Positions 9,148 through 18,848 of a stretch of DNA of 58,059 nucleotides are shown piece by piece. The stretch's first letter is position 1. Every line of letters starts with the position of its first letter. The notes under the pieces were generated by a model. It was given only the letters and a program-made list of their open reading frames with translations, did not search any database and was not told the DNA's origin. A program made the position numbers and the translations under genes. The DNA comes from a virus (lineage: Duplodnaviria > Caudoviricetes): positions 1 through 58,059 of the IMG/VR virus record IMGVR_UViG_3300020591_000001. One strand, written 5' to 3'.

Positions 9148-9320
9148 GCCTGTCTCGTGAGCTGATTGTGGCTGCGAAGGCCCGAGCAGACGCCGCAACC
9201 GAAGCCTTCAACACGCAGGTTCTTGAGGTTGCGCTCATCGGTGACGGCGCGCCTGGGAACGGGACGTTCGTCGCTGGCGGTCTGCACGGTATCGGGTGGG
9301 CGCTGGAAGGTGACGAATGA
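9144..9320 (+). CDS. Small hypothetical protein (58 aa, not in the ORF track)
   Basis: ATGA overlaps at both ends; MSLSRELIVAAKARADAA... Confidence 0.6.
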   Translation: MSLSRELIVAAKARADAATEAFNTQVLEVALIGDGAPGNGTFVAGGLHGIGWALEGDE

Positions 9321-10210
9321 TGGACGACGCAACACAGAAGCTCGTGGACGAGGCGCGCAAGCGTGCCGACTTCGAGGCGCGCGAAGATCACGGCATCGCC
9401 GTCTTGCTCCGCGACATGGCTGACGCTCTCGAAGCCGCCCAGCGTCCCCCGGTCGAGCTTGCGAAGTCCCCGGAAGATATCGCAGCCGAGTATGCCCCGT
9501 TCGACGGTTCCGACCCGGACACGGTGATCCACGTTCGGGGTCTCATCGCAGCGGCCATTCGTGAGGATCGTACTCAGCGTCCCCCGGTCAGCCCCGAGGT
9601 GCGGGATGAGCTGGTAGCGCACATTCATGCACGCGCAGAGTTCGACTCCGACGAGTGCGACCACGGAACCTACACGGGTGGTGCTTTGCACGGTCAGCCG
9701 TATCGGATGTGCGAGCGCAAGGCCGACGCCCTCCTTGCCCGGTTCTCGTTGCCGGTGCTCGACGTGGAGAGGCTCACACGGTGGTTGGTGGAGAACCGGA
9801 GACTCGTCGCGGGGAGCGCGTGGGAGTACGTGGACTCGGAGGGAACCGCCTCTGCTCTCGTCGCTGCCCTGCCCGCCCTGACCCAGGACGGCAGATCGTC
9901 CGATTCCGAGAGGAGTGGCCCCGAGGTGGATCGCCTTCGCGCACGGGTGCGGGAGTTGGAGGCGCAGCGGGAGGCCGTGCTCGCGCTGCACGCGCCGGAG
10001 GAGCGCGCCCACGACGGGTCGGGCGAATGGTCGGTGCCGCTTGCTGAGTGGGATGACGAGACCCGGAGTCCGGAGACGTTCACGATCTGCTCTCACTGCG
10101 GGTCTATCGAGATGCGCGAGTCGCAGGGCGAGAGCGAGAGCGCGGTCTATTTGGAAGCTCTGTGGCCGTGTTCGACGGTGTGGGCACTCACCGAGAGGAG
10201 CACGACATGA
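9317..10210 (+). CDS. Mosaic hypothetical protein with C-terminal CxxC...WPC motif
   Basis: 297 aa; two QRPPV blocks; C-terminal VLALH...CSHC...WPCST. Confidence 0.75.
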   Translation: MMDDATQKLVDEARKRADFEAREDHGIAVLLRDMADALEAAQRPPVELAKSPEDIAAEYAPFDGSDPDTVIHVRGLIAAAIREDRTQRPPVSPEVRDELVAHIHARAEFDSDECDHGTYTGGALHGQPYRMCERKADALLARFSLPVLDVERLTRWLVENRRLVAGSAWEYVDSEGTASALVAALPALTQDGRSSDSERSGPEVDRLRARVRELEAQREAVLALHAPEERAHDGSGEWSVPLAEWDDETRSPETFTICSHCGSIEMRESQGESESAVYLEALWPCSTVWALTERSTT

Positions 10211-10413
10211 GCGCGAGCGAGAAGATCCGCACGCTCTCCGCGTGGATCGACAACTCATACCCCGAGGACATGATCGGCACCGAGCTCCACGCGCGCCGCC
10301 GTATCGACAAGCTCATGGAGGAGGTCCTCCGCACGATGCACGCCTACGAGGACGAGGCCACGCCGAGCCGGGCGGTTTCCGAAACCACCAGCGGGACGAG
10401 GCTGACCTTATGA
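10207..10413 (+). CDS. Small protein, possibly a truncated MazG-like NTP pyrophosphohydrolase
   Basis: RIDKLMEEV resembles the MazG KLxEEvGE helix, but the rest of the fold is absent. Confidence 0.45.
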   Translation: MSASEKIRTLSAWIDNSYPEDMIGTELHARRRIDKLMEEVLRTMHAYEDEATPSRAVSETTSGTRLTL

Positions 10414-10862
10414 GCACGCCCTACCCCAGGACGGTCGAGCTTCTGATCTCAGAGGGCATCGACCCGAACCTCATCACCGTGGAGGGGATCAACGAGGCGA
10501 GCTATCTCCAGATCGTGCTGGACGCTGACGGCAACAAGATCATGAACTCCAACGGCTCGATCGCCGCCACCCAGCGGGCGTGGCCGCGACCCGGCCTGGG
10601 CGAGCGCGTGATGCAGGCGATGATCGAGGACATGCGCAACACCCCCGGCAACTTCCGCGTCGTTGGCCCCGAGGGCGTGCTGCGCTATCCGATCGATCAC
10701 GTCGTGCTACTGCGGCGGCGCTACGACATGGACCCGACCGAGGAGAACGCGAGGGCGCTCCTGGATGCCGAGCGCTGCCTGACCGAAGCCGAGTTCCCCG
10801 CCTATCAGGCCCTCTACCGCAAGGTCGCCGACGAGCCCGATTCCGCAGAATCGGTTAGTTAG
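10410..10862 (+). CDS. Hypothetical protein
   Basis: ATGA overlap; begins MSTPYPRTVELL. Confidence 0.7.
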   Translation: MSTPYPRTVELLISEGIDPNLITVEGINEASYLQIVLDADGNKIMNSNGSIAATQRAWPRPGLGERVMQAMIEDMRNTPGNFRVVGPEGVLRYPIDHVVLLRRRYDMDPTEENARALLDAERCLTEAEFPAYQALYRKVADEPDSAESVS

Positions 10863-10905
10863 CATTAGACTGAGAAGCCAACACACCCCATAAAGGAGTA
10901 ACACC

Positions 10906-11244
10906 ATGAAGTACGAAGTCAAGGACGAGCTGCCTCCGGGTCGCACGAACCGCGCCACGCCGATCGACTGGGCGGGCGCAAAGAAGGCGATGATCGACCA
11001 CGCGGGTTCGTGGGTGAAGATCGTGGAGAACGTCTCGGCCTCGACCCCGCAGCAACTCCGCCGCGGCGACAACAAGCTCTTCCGCGGTGAGGAGCTGGAG
11101 AGGTTCGAGTTCGCCACGCGCAAGCCCTTCGATCCGGAGGTCGCCTCCAAGTACAAGCCCAACTTCACCGACCTGTGGGGTCGCTACATCGACCCCAACG
11201 GGCCCGACAGCGTCGAGAAGCCCAAGCGATCCCGTCATGCTTGA
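10906..11244 (+). CDS. Hypothetical protein
   Basis: AAAGGAG RBS; 112 aa. Confidence 0.75.
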   Translation: MKYEVKDELPPGRTNRATPIDWAGAKKAMIDHAGSWVKIVENVSASTPQQLRRGDNKLFRGEELERFEFATRKPFDPEVASKYKPNFTDLWGRYIDPNGPDSVEKPKRSRHA

Positions 11245-11482
11245 TCCTGACGAGGTCGCCGACTACGAGGCGTGGAAGCTCGCCAAGCTCAACTCCTCCC
11301 AAGACCTCAGCGTGCGCGCCTACAACATGGAGATGGAGGCGAACGCGCTGAGCTGGGAGGAGGGCTGGCGAGCCCACGCGAACGGTGAGAGCTTCGACTC
11401 CAACCGTTTCCGGAAACCCGGCATGAGAGGAGAGCGGCGTGCCGCTACTGACCTTCCCGCCTCTCCCGGAACCACCACCTGA
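11237..11482 (+). CDS. Hypothetical protein
   Basis: MLDPDEVADYEAWKL...; overlaps the upstream stop. Confidence 0.6.
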   Translation: MLDPDEVADYEAWKLAKLNSSQDLSVRAYNMEMEANALSWEEGWRAHANGESFDSNRFRKPGMRGERRAATDLPASPGTTT

Positions 11483-11516
11483 TCCACCCCGTCAAACCAG
11501 AAAGCAGGAAGAACAC

Positions 11517-12221
11517 ATGACCATCGTCGTCCAGCCGGAGTCCAAGCCGCCCGTCAACCGAGGCGGTCGCCCCAAGGGCAGCCGCGGGAACGGCAAGACC
11601 GCCCGCGAGAAGATCGCGCGCATCGAGAACGCCAGGCTCGTGCGGCAGGCCGAGATCGAGGCACAGGCGCAGGCCGCGCGCGACAAGATCGCCGCCGAGA
11701 TCGAGCTGCGCCGCGAGGCTGCGCAGACGCGCAAGTTCGACCTCTACGACGCCCAGGAGAAGGCGCGCGCCCCGCAGCTCCAGATCGACCAGCGTGGGAC
11801 GCTCTACGTCCTCGGAGCCCTCGCGATCATCACCTTCCTCACTACGGCGATCCTCACTGCCGACGGCACCATCGGTGCCGCCGAGAGCGCTCGCTTCGCG
11901 TTCCCCGCGTTCGGATTCATCCTCTTCGGTGCGTTCGAGGTCGCGATCCTGGCGTTCATGCTCATGTACTACGTCCTCGGCAGCCGAGTGGACTACGACG
12001 GCAACCGCGTCAAGAGCGCCCAGTGGTTCGTCGCGATGATCGCGGCGGCGGGCCTCACGGTGGCGCTGAGCGTCTACCACGTCCTCGACCTCTACAACTA
12101 CGACTGGCTCAACGTCGATATGTGGGTCGGCATCGGCATTCGCCTCGCGGTGGCCGTGTTCTTCGTGCTGACCAGCAAGGGCGTCGCCAACGTGCTCTTC
12201 GCGAAGGCCGTCAAGCTCTGA
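11517..12221 (+). CDS. Membrane protein with basic N-terminus, coiled coil and about 4 TM helices
   Basis: RGGRPKGSRG (AT-hook-like) motif, coiled coil, then four hydrophobic segments. Confidence 0.8.
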   Translation: MTIVVQPESKPPVNRGGRPKGSRGNGKTAREKIARIENARLVRQAEIEAQAQAARDKIAAEIELRREAAQTRKFDLYDAQEKARAPQLQIDQRGTLYVLGALAIITFLTTAILTADGTIGAAESARFAFPAFGFILFGAFEVAILAFMLMYYVLGSRVDYDGNRVKSAQWFVAMIAAAGLTVALSVYHVLDLYNYDWLNVDMWVGIGIRLAVAVFFVLTSKGVANVLFAKAVKL

Positions 12222-12385
12222 TGGGTCGCGTCAAGTCCGGCAAGCCGCCTCGTCGGAGTCGGGAGAAGCGCATCGACGCGCGGGAGAACCGCTCCAGCGC
12301 GGCGTACCTGACCCGGCTGATGTCTGAGGTCGAAGCTGACAAGTCCGCAGCGACACAGCCCAGCCCTAAGAGCAAGAAGCAGTAG
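12221..12385 (+). CDS. Small basic protein
   Basis: TGATG coupling; begins MGRVKSGKPPRRSR. Confidence 0.55.
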   Translation: MGRVKSGKPPRRSREKRIDARENRSSAAYLTRLMSEVEADKSAATQPSPKSKKQ

Positions 12386-12405
12386 AGAGGCATTACCCTA
12401 AGCGC

Positions 12406-12738
12406 ATGGTGCGACGGCCAGATTCAATCCCCGACGCCCGTCGCGCCATGCGCGAAGGACTCCAGAGCCTCAACGCAACCGGCAAGACCACGGCCTGCCA
12501 GGATCGCCCCGTCCCCTACACGGAGGTCGAGCAGAGCCCGGACGATGCCGCCGCGCTGTGCGGGCGCGGTACCGATCAGCCTTGCCCGCTTCTGGAGGTC
12601 TGCGCAGCGTTCGGGTTCACCCAGTCGGTCTACGCCGACAAGATGGTCTACGGCGGCTACTCGTGGCGTCGGGGCCTTCCGCTGGTTTCGGAAACCAGCT
12701 ATCAGCAGCAGATCGCTACCGATCGCGCGAAGACTTGA
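12406..12738 (+). CDS. WhiB-family Fe-S transcription factor
   Basis: Four Cys (ACQ...ALC...CPLLEVC) and VYGG corresponding to the WhiB G(V/I)WGG turn. Confidence 0.7.
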   Translation: MVRRPDSIPDARRAMREGLQSLNATGKTTACQDRPVPYTEVEQSPDDAAALCGRGTDQPCPLLEVCAAFGFTQSVYADKMVYGGYSWRRGLPLVSETSYQQQIATDRAKT

Positions 12739-12763
12739 CAGTCTCCTAGGCTTCCCTTACTAT
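12735..12763 (+). promoter_or_regulatory. SigA/sigma70-type promoter for the replication/recombination operon
   Basis: TTGACA-17 nt-TACTAT, followed by an AGAAAGGA RBS. Confidence 0.8.
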
Positions 12764-12797
12764 ATCCGTATATCTTTTATCTAGAAAGGACTCGACC

Positions 12798-12983
12798 ATG
12801 CTGGTCTTGACCAACTCCGGTGTCGCTCTCGACACCGACCCCGCCCAGGCGGGCGACCCCGTCCTTGACCTCCTACTGGAGATCGCCACGAGCGCCTTCG
12901 GCGGAGCAGTGATGGGCGAGCCAGTGTCGGACGCTCCAGCTACTCTGTGGCAGGACACAGACCTCTTGGAGAACCAGCCATGA
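12798..12983 (+). CDS. Small hypothetical protein
   Basis: Strong RBS; 61 aa. Confidence 0.6.
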   Translation: MLVLTNSGVALDTDPAQAGDPVLDLLLEIATSAFGGAVMGEPVSDAPATLWQDTDLLENQP

Positions 12984-14236
12984 CCGGACGACCCGTAGAC
13001 ATCGAGATCGTGCCTCGCGCTCACGCGATCCTGAGCGCGTCCAGCGCTGAGCGCTGGCTGACCTGCACCCCGAGTGCGCGGATCGAAGAGGCGCTGGCCG
13101 ATGAGGAGAGCGCCTACGCCACCGACGGCACCGCCGCTCACGCCTTCTCGGAGCTGCGACTGCGCTACAAGCTCGGCCAGACCAGCAAGGCCGAGTACGT
13201 CGCCGCCTATGAGGCCGCCAAGACTCTCTTCGCCGAGGCGATCGAGGCGTGGGAGGCGAGCGACTGGGATGCGATCAACTCCTATGTCGAGTACGTGCTG
13301 GACGAGGCCAAGCGGCTCGACGCCGAGGTTCACATCGAGCAGCGGGTGGACTATTCCCGCTACGCCGAGGGGGGCTTCGGAACCTCCGACGCACTGCTGA
13401 TCGGTCGCAAGCAGGGCATCGTCAAGAGCATCGACTTGAAGTTCGGCAAGGGAGTGCCGGTCGATGCCAAGGACAACGCGCAGGCCAAGCTCTACGCGCT
13501 CGGCGGGGTGCTGATGTTCGACCCGACTCTGGCCGGACAGTTCCCCACGATCGAGTGGGCGATCCACCAGCCGCGCCTGAACTACGTCGGCACCGACACC
13601 ACCAGTTTCGATGCGCTCATCGCGTGGGCCGAGGATGTCGTCAAGCCCGCCGCGCGACTCGCGTGGGAGGGCAAGGGCGTCAAGGTGCCGTCCGAGAAGG
13701 CGTGCCGATTCTGCAAGGCCAGGGCGACGTGCCGTGAGCGCGCCGCGGAGAACGTCAACGTCGCGAGGAGGGACTTCGTGGGAGACCCCGATCTGCGTTT
13801 CGACGCGAAGAAGCTGGACGAGCACCTGATGGGCATGGACGAGGTTGCTCGCATCCTGCCCCAGCTCGATGAGTGGATGGCATGGGCTCGCGCGCTACAG
13901 GAGTACGCACTGTCGAGCGTCCGCGACCGCGGCCAGACCATCGAAGGCTACAAGCTCGTGCGCGGGCGCACCACGCGCCAGTGGAACCCAAGCGCTGACG
14001 TGGTCGCCGAACTGCGAGCCGCAGGCGTGGACGACTCCGTGATCTACGAAGACCCCAAGCCTCCCGCAGTGAGGAGCGTCGCCCAGATGGAGAAGAAGCT
14101 CGGCAAGGCGCAGTTCATCGAGAAGGCTCAGCCCCTCGTCGTGCAGTCCCAGGGCACGCCGACGCTGGTTTCGGAAACCGATCCGCGCCCTGCCATCGAC
14201 GCCGCCGCAGAGGCGCGAAAGGCATTCGAGGGATAA
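12980..14236 (+). CDS. Cas4-like PD-(D/E)XK exonuclease (DUF2800 type)
   Basis: HAILSASSAERWLTCTPS, GTAAH, FGTSD, IDLKFGKG, QAKLYALG, HQPR, CRFCKARATC. Confidence 0.88.
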   Translation: MTGRPVDIEIVPRAHAILSASSAERWLTCTPSARIEEALADEESAYATDGTAAHAFSELRLRYKLGQTSKAEYVAAYEAAKTLFAEAIEAWEASDWDAINSYVEYVLDEAKRLDAEVHIEQRVDYSRYAEGGFGTSDALLIGRKQGIVKSIDLKFGKGVPVDAKDNAQAKLYALGGVLMFDPTLAGQFPTIEWAIHQPRLNYVGTDTTSFDALIAWAEDVVKPAARLAWEGKGVKVPSEKACRFCKARATCRERAAENVNVARRDFVGDPDLRFDAKKLDEHLMGMDEVARILPQLDEWMAWARALQEYALSSVRDRGQTIEGYKLVRGRTTRQWNPSADVVAELRAAGVDDSVIYEDPKPPAVRSVAQMEKKLGKAQFIEKAQPLVVQSQGTPTLVSETDPRPAIDAAAEARKAFEG

Positions 14237-14344
14237 ACGGATAAGCCCCTAGACTTCGTGCCCAAGATCGGGTACGATGAGAAAGTCCCCAACCCAGGGA
14301 CTCGACAAGGTAACGCAGTAACCCAGAAGAAAAGAGAAACAGAA

Positions 14345-14980
14345 ATGTCGAAGGTCACCACCAAGTCCGAGGTCCGCCTGTCCTACACGAACCTGCTCAC
14401 CCCCCGTGCGCAGAACGCGGACAAGCCCGAGGAGCTGTCGTACAGCACGGCGATCCTCATCCCGAAGACCGACACCGAGACGATCGACGCCATCAAGGCC
14501 GCGATCAAGGAGGCGCTGGCCGAGGGTGTCGTCAAGAAGTGGGGGGGCAAGACCCCCAAGGGTCTGAAGAACCCGCTGCGCGACGGCGACGAGGAGCGCG
14601 AGGACGACGAGAACTACAAGGGTCACTACTTCATCAACGCCAAGGGCCCGCGAGGTGGCAAGGAGCAGCCGATCCTGCTCGACGGCTCGCGCAACGCGGA
14701 GGAGACGAAGGACCCGGCGGTCATCTACTCGGGCGTGTACGCCCGTGTCAGCCTCCAGTTCTACCCGTTCGACGTGAACGGCAACCGCGGCGTCGCGTGC
14801 GGCATCTCGTCGGTGCTCTCGATGGGCCACGGCGAACCGCTGGCGAACACGGTCACCGCGGCCAGCGCGCGTGACGAGTTCGGGGTCTCGACCCCGGCCT
14901 CCGACGCCGCCAAGGAGTTCGGCGGGAGCGCCGCGGCCTCCGAGTCGTCCTCGGACGACGACGACCCCTGGGAGAGCTAA
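14345..14980 (+). CDS. Single-stranded DNA-binding protein (DUF2815 / gp2.5-like)
   Basis: VRLSY, YSTAILIPK, PLRDGD, YSGVYARVS, NGNRGV; acidic tail DDDDPWES. Confidence 0.88.
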   Translation: MSKVTTKSEVRLSYTNLLTPRAQNADKPEELSYSTAILIPKTDTETIDAIKAAIKEALAEGVVKKWGGKTPKGLKNPLRDGDEEREDDENYKGHYFINAKGPRGGKEQPILLDGSRNAEETKDPAVIYSGVYARVSLQFYPFDVNGNRGVACGISSVLSMGHGEPLANTVTAASARDEFGVSTPASDAAKEFGGSAAASESSSDDDDPWES

Positions 14981-14992
14981 CAACTCTCCCGA

Positions 14993-15102
14993 CCGCAAGG
15001 CGTCGCGCCTAGGGAACGCGACACAAGGGGCAGGGCCCAAATAGCCCACCTTGCGGCACCGGAAGGGGCGTGTCGGGATAGCACCCGGCACGCCCCCTCC
15101 GG
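14993..15102 (+). other. Structured intergenic element: three-way junction plus long hairpin
   Basis: CCGCAAGG/CCTTGCGG encloses GTCGCG/CGCGAC and GGGC/GCCC, followed by a ~19-bp hairpin at 15059-15102. Confidence 0.5.
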
Positions 15103-15187
15103 ACTAGACTCAGCACTACCCTCTACCGCAGCACCGGCCCCCAGCCCCAATGACGGGGTGGCCGCTATCCAGAAGGGCACAACCCAA

Positions 15188-15991
15188 ATGTCGAAGGCCC
15201 CTAAGCCGCTCTCGAAGAGCCAGCAGGAACTCATCAACGTCGTCAAGGCCGCGCACAAGACCCTCATGGTCGCCCGCCGAACGAAGACCGCGGAGGTCGA
15301 GCGCCGCCTGGCCGAAGCCCGCATCCAGGCCCAGCGCGAATGGGATCGCATCGAGGCTGGCATCCGTCTGGATGTCGCCGCCGAGATCGCCCAACACGAG
15401 GCCGCCGAGGACGAGGCGATCATCGCCGCCTACAACGCAGGCATCCCCGTGAGGCGCATCGCACTCGACGGTTTCGGAAACCGACTCGACGGAGCCGTCC
15501 ACGCCAAGCTCCGTGACCTCCGAGCTGACGGGCGCGTCGGCAATGCTCTGGACTACCAGCGTCGAGGCGACGACGCCGAGCGAGCCGTCGAGTTCCCCCG
15601 CCCCGTCGAGATCGACGCCGTGCTCGCCGAGCGCACCGAGATCGCCGCCCCCGCCTTCACCTTTATGGATGAGCCCCTGGTGCTGGTCGAAGAATCGGCT
15701 CCTGGCGCTGGGGACGGCGTCACCGTCGCAGCGTGCTTGCTGACGATGGACGATCGCGATCCCTACTTCAAGCAGATCGCGCCCAACGCCCGCAGGGGCA
15801 CCCCGCACGTCGGGGCCACGACGGCGACGCTCTATCTTCACCCCGCCACCGGCGAACTGATCGTCCACGAGTCGAAGGAGACTGGCGACCTGCTCTGGGA
15901 TCACCCCGTTGCTCGCTGGGTGAAGGATCATCCGGAAGAGGCCGCCCGCGGCTTCGCGGATGCCATGTCCGGCCACCTCCCTGAAGCCTGA
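15188..15991 (+). CDS. Hypothetical protein (coiled coil and possible HTH)
   Basis: IIAAYNAGIPVRRIAL is HTH-like; coupled to the primase gene. Confidence 0.7.
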   Translation: MSKAPKPLSKSQQELINVVKAAHKTLMVARRTKTAEVERRLAEARIQAQREWDRIEAGIRLDVAAEIAQHEAAEDEAIIAAYNAGIPVRRIALDGFGNRLDGAVHAKLRDLRADGRVGNALDYQRRGDDAERAVEFPRPVEIDAVLAERTEIAAPAFTFMDEPLVLVEESAPGAGDGVTVAACLLTMDDRDPYFKQIAPNARRGTPHVGATTATLYLHPATGELIVHESKETGDLLWDHPVARWVKDHPEEAARGFADAMSGHLPEA

Positions 15992-18507
15992 TGGCTGACG
16001 TGACCAGCGACGAGGGCGCAGTCCAGCCTAAGCCGATGGACAACGTCACGAAGGCGCTCGCGCTCGCCAGGCTCGGTATCAAGGTCTTCCCCGTTCACGT
16101 CTCCAACCGCGCTCCCGCGATTCCCGAGAAGGAGGGCGGGCGAGGCTTCTACGACGCCACCAGCGACGACTTCGAGCTGATCGCAACGTGGTTCAGTCTC
16201 GACTACGTCGGCGACAAGTACGCTGTCGGCTACTGGACAGGCGGCTCGGGGCTGCTGACTCTCGACATCGACCGCAAGCACGGCAAGGACGGCTTCGCTC
16301 GCATCTCCGAGCGCGGCCTGAGCGCGGGCGACACGCACGCCTACCCGACCGCCAGCGGTGGCGAGCACCGCGTCTTCCAGACGGATCGCCTCGACCTCAC
16401 CCTGGGTCGGGACGTAACGGTGGACGGCGTCAAGCTCGAAGGCGTCGATATTCGAGCGGGCGGCTCCTACGCCGTGTGGTGGGGTGACACCGTTCCGGAG
16501 TCGCGCGAGGCGTTCAGTTCCGACATCCCCCAGTGGATCATCGACGCCGCGACCGCGGAAACGCTGCCCAGCGGCGAGGGCTTCGAGGGCAATGTCGCGG
16601 AGTGGCTGGAGCACATCCCCGACGACGTGCTCCCGAGTGGTCGAGTTCGCGAGTTCTTGGGGCGCATCCCAACGGGCGACTTCGGCCACAACGAGATGGT
16701 CGATCTCGTGTGGAGCATCGTGCGCATGGGCTCCGAGCGCGAGACCGGCGTCAAGACCGCTCTGGAGAAGCTGCGTGCTGAGTGGCTGCGCCCGCCCTAC
16801 GACACCCCGAAGAACCGGAAGGACTTCTACACGGCGCTACTCGGAGCGATCAACAAGGGCGGGCGCGTGCAGAAGCCTGTCCCGGCAATGACCAGCCTCA
16901 GTGCGGGACTCGCCAAGGCCGACGCCTGTGGCGTGGGTGACGCCCTGAAGGCAATGGAGCGCAAGGTTTCGGAAACCGACACCGAGATCGACCTGGCGCG
17001 CGTTCGCCGCGAGATGTTCAAGATCGCCGCGGAGGGGCATGTGCCGCCCGGTCATGCGCTCGGGATCGTGACCGGATCGAAGGCGTTCAAGCTCTCGAAG
17101 GTCTCTGTCGAGAGTGCCTGGTTCGGCGACGGTGAGGCCGCCTACCACGACTACGTCGAGACGCCGGTCGAGGATGAGGAAGACCCCGACCTCGCTCCCG
17201 TGCCGCACGATGTCGAGTTGGCGAACCTGATGCAGCGCCTCAGTAGCGACGCCGAGGCGTTCACCTTCCTCTCGGACGCCGAGCGTGCGCTGGTCGATGG
17301 ATACGACTGGTTCGGCAAGGAGTACCTGGCCTGGGTGCAGACGCGACTGAAGCACTTCAACAAGCCCTACCACGTCGGCGCGCTGTGGGCGGCGCTGAGC
17401 GTGATCGCGAGCCCGTGGGGAAAGGTGCCACTCCAGGGCTACAAGCCGACCGACGTGAACCTCTACCTCCAGGTGCTCGGTGAGTCCTCGTCCGGCAAGA
17501 GCGAAGCGTTCGGCTTCGCCAAGGCGTTTATCGACGCCTACTACGGCATCGAGGGCTCGCCGATCCTGGGCGACACGAAGAAGGTGTCGGCGCTCAGCCT
17601 GCATCGTGCGCTGATCCTGCGTGACGGCCAGCCGAGCATGGTCTACTCCGACGAGGTTCAGGGCTTCTACAAAGACCTCCAGACGAGCCACTGGCAGGGC
17701 TCGATCCTGGCAGACCTCTCGGACTACTACGGCGGCGACATCCCGCCCAAGAACACGATGAACGACAAGGAGATTTCGGGCAAGCGCGCCAAGGGCCAGC
17801 TCACCGGGTACTTCACCGGCATCGCCGACATGAGCCTCGACGCGCTCAGCCTCGACAACTGGCGCAGCGGTCTGCTGTACCGCTACCTGTGGGGCTTCGG
17901 CCATCCGCGCACCACGGGCGACTTCGAGATCGTCTTCGAGACCAGCGCTTCCTCCTACACGGCGCAGATGGAGACCTGGGCTCGGGAGTTCAAGCGCGTC
18001 GGCGCGCTCCAAGAGACCAAGTGGGGAGCCGGGCGCATCGTGGAGTGGGAGGAGGATGCGCGCAAGCGGATGATCGAGTTCAACCGCCAGATCGATGACG
18101 CCGTCAAGAAGAGCCCGCTCTACGACAACGTCTTCATCCCCGCCAATGGCCGCTTCCTGGTGAGCATCATGAAGTGCGCCACGATCATCGCGCTCACCGA
18201 GGCTGCCGAGAAGGTCACCCTCCGCCACGTCCTGATCGCCCTTGACTACGCGGGCCCCTGGCACCGCAGCATGGTTCTGGCGGTTTCGGAAACCGGACGC
18301 GAGGCGTTCGATCGTGACGTAGAGCGCGCGCTGACATGGATCAAGCGCAACGCGATCCGACAGGTCGGCAAGGCCGCATGGATTCAGCGCAGCGCCGTAA
18401 TGCGAGCCTTCAAGCCCAACGAGGTCGCCGACCGTCTGCTGAGACAGCTCACCGAGGAAGGGTGGCTGGTCAAGCACGGAGACGTATACGAGATCGCCCC
18501 AGAGTAG
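15991..18507 (+). CDS. Bifunctional primase-polymerase fused to a P-loop helicase domain
   Basis: N-terminal GIKVFPV, GFYDAT, LDIDRKHG, TASGGEH, VDIR (Prim-Pol); C-terminal GESSSGKS and YSDE. Confidence 0.85.
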   Translation: MADVTSDEGAVQPKPMDNVTKALALARLGIKVFPVHVSNRAPAIPEKEGGRGFYDATSDDFELIATWFSLDYVGDKYAVGYWTGGSGLLTLDIDRKHGKDGFARISERGLSAGDTHAYPTASGGEHRVFQTDRLDLTLGRDVTVDGVKLEGVDIRAGGSYAVWWGDTVPESREAFSSDIPQWIIDAATAETLPSGEGFEGNVAEWLEHIPDDVLPSGRVREFLGRIPTGDFGHNEMVDLVWSIVRMGSERETGVKTALEKLRAEWLRPPYDTPKNRKDFYTALLGAINKGGRVQKPVPAMTSLSAGLAKADACGVGDALKAMERKVSETDTEIDLARVRREMFKIAAEGHVPPGHALGIVTGSKAFKLSKVSVESAWFGDGEAAYHDYVETPVEDEEDPDLAPVPHDVELANLMQRLSSDAEAFTFLSDAERALVDGYDWFGKEYLAWVQTRLKHFNKPYHVGALWAALSVIASPWGKVPLQGYKPTDVNLYLQVLGESSSGKSEAFGFAKAFIDAYYGIEGSPILGDTKKVSALSLHRALILRDGQPSMVYSDEVQGFYKDLQTSHWQGSILADLSDYYGGDIPPKNTMNDKEISGKRAKGQLTGYFTGIADMSLDALSLDNWRSGLLYRYLWGFGHPRTTGDFEIVFETSASSYTAQMETWAREFKRVGALQETKWGAGRIVEWEEDARKRMIEFNRQIDDAVKKSPLYDNVFIPANGRFLVSIMKCATIIALTEAAEKVTLRHVLIALDYAGPWHRSMVLAVSETGREAFDRDVERALTWIKRNAIRQVGKAAWIQRSAVMRAFKPNEVADRLLRQLTEEGWLVKHGDVYEIAPE

Positions 18508-18527
18508 ATAGAAAGAGACATATCCAG

Positions 18528-18848
18528 ATGAAGCGCATCGTTCCCGTCTACCCGTGGCCCATGCACCCGAAGGTGGCCGAGGTCGTCAACGCGATCCCTG
18601 ACATCACGCCCGTCGAGGCGCTGCCCGCTGGCCCCGGCCCGATCCTCGCGATCCGCAAGCCGCCGCCGTTCGTGGCAGATGCGATCGTCGTCATGCAGCC
18701 CGACCGGATTCCCGAGGCCGTGAAGATCGTCGTGGGTGACGGCATCGAGCTGGTCACCGTGCGCGACGCGATCTCGAAGGCGATGGGCGGCAAGGAGATC
18801 ATCGAGTACGCCCCCGAGAAGATCGAGAGCAAGGTGAGGTTCCGATGA
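18528..18848 (+). CDS. Hypothetical protein
   Basis: GAAAGAG RBS; begins MKRIVPVYPW. Confidence 0.7.
   Translation: MKRIVPVYPWPMHPKVAEVVNAIPDITPVEALPAGPGPILAIRKPPPFVADAIVVMQPDRIPEAVKIVVGDGIELVTVRDAISKAMGGKEIIEYAPEKIESKVRFR

Noticed and set aside
12980-14236. CRISPR-associated Cas4
   Set aside because: It is a stand-alone DUF2800-type phage nuclease next to the SSB gene, with no array or other cas genes.
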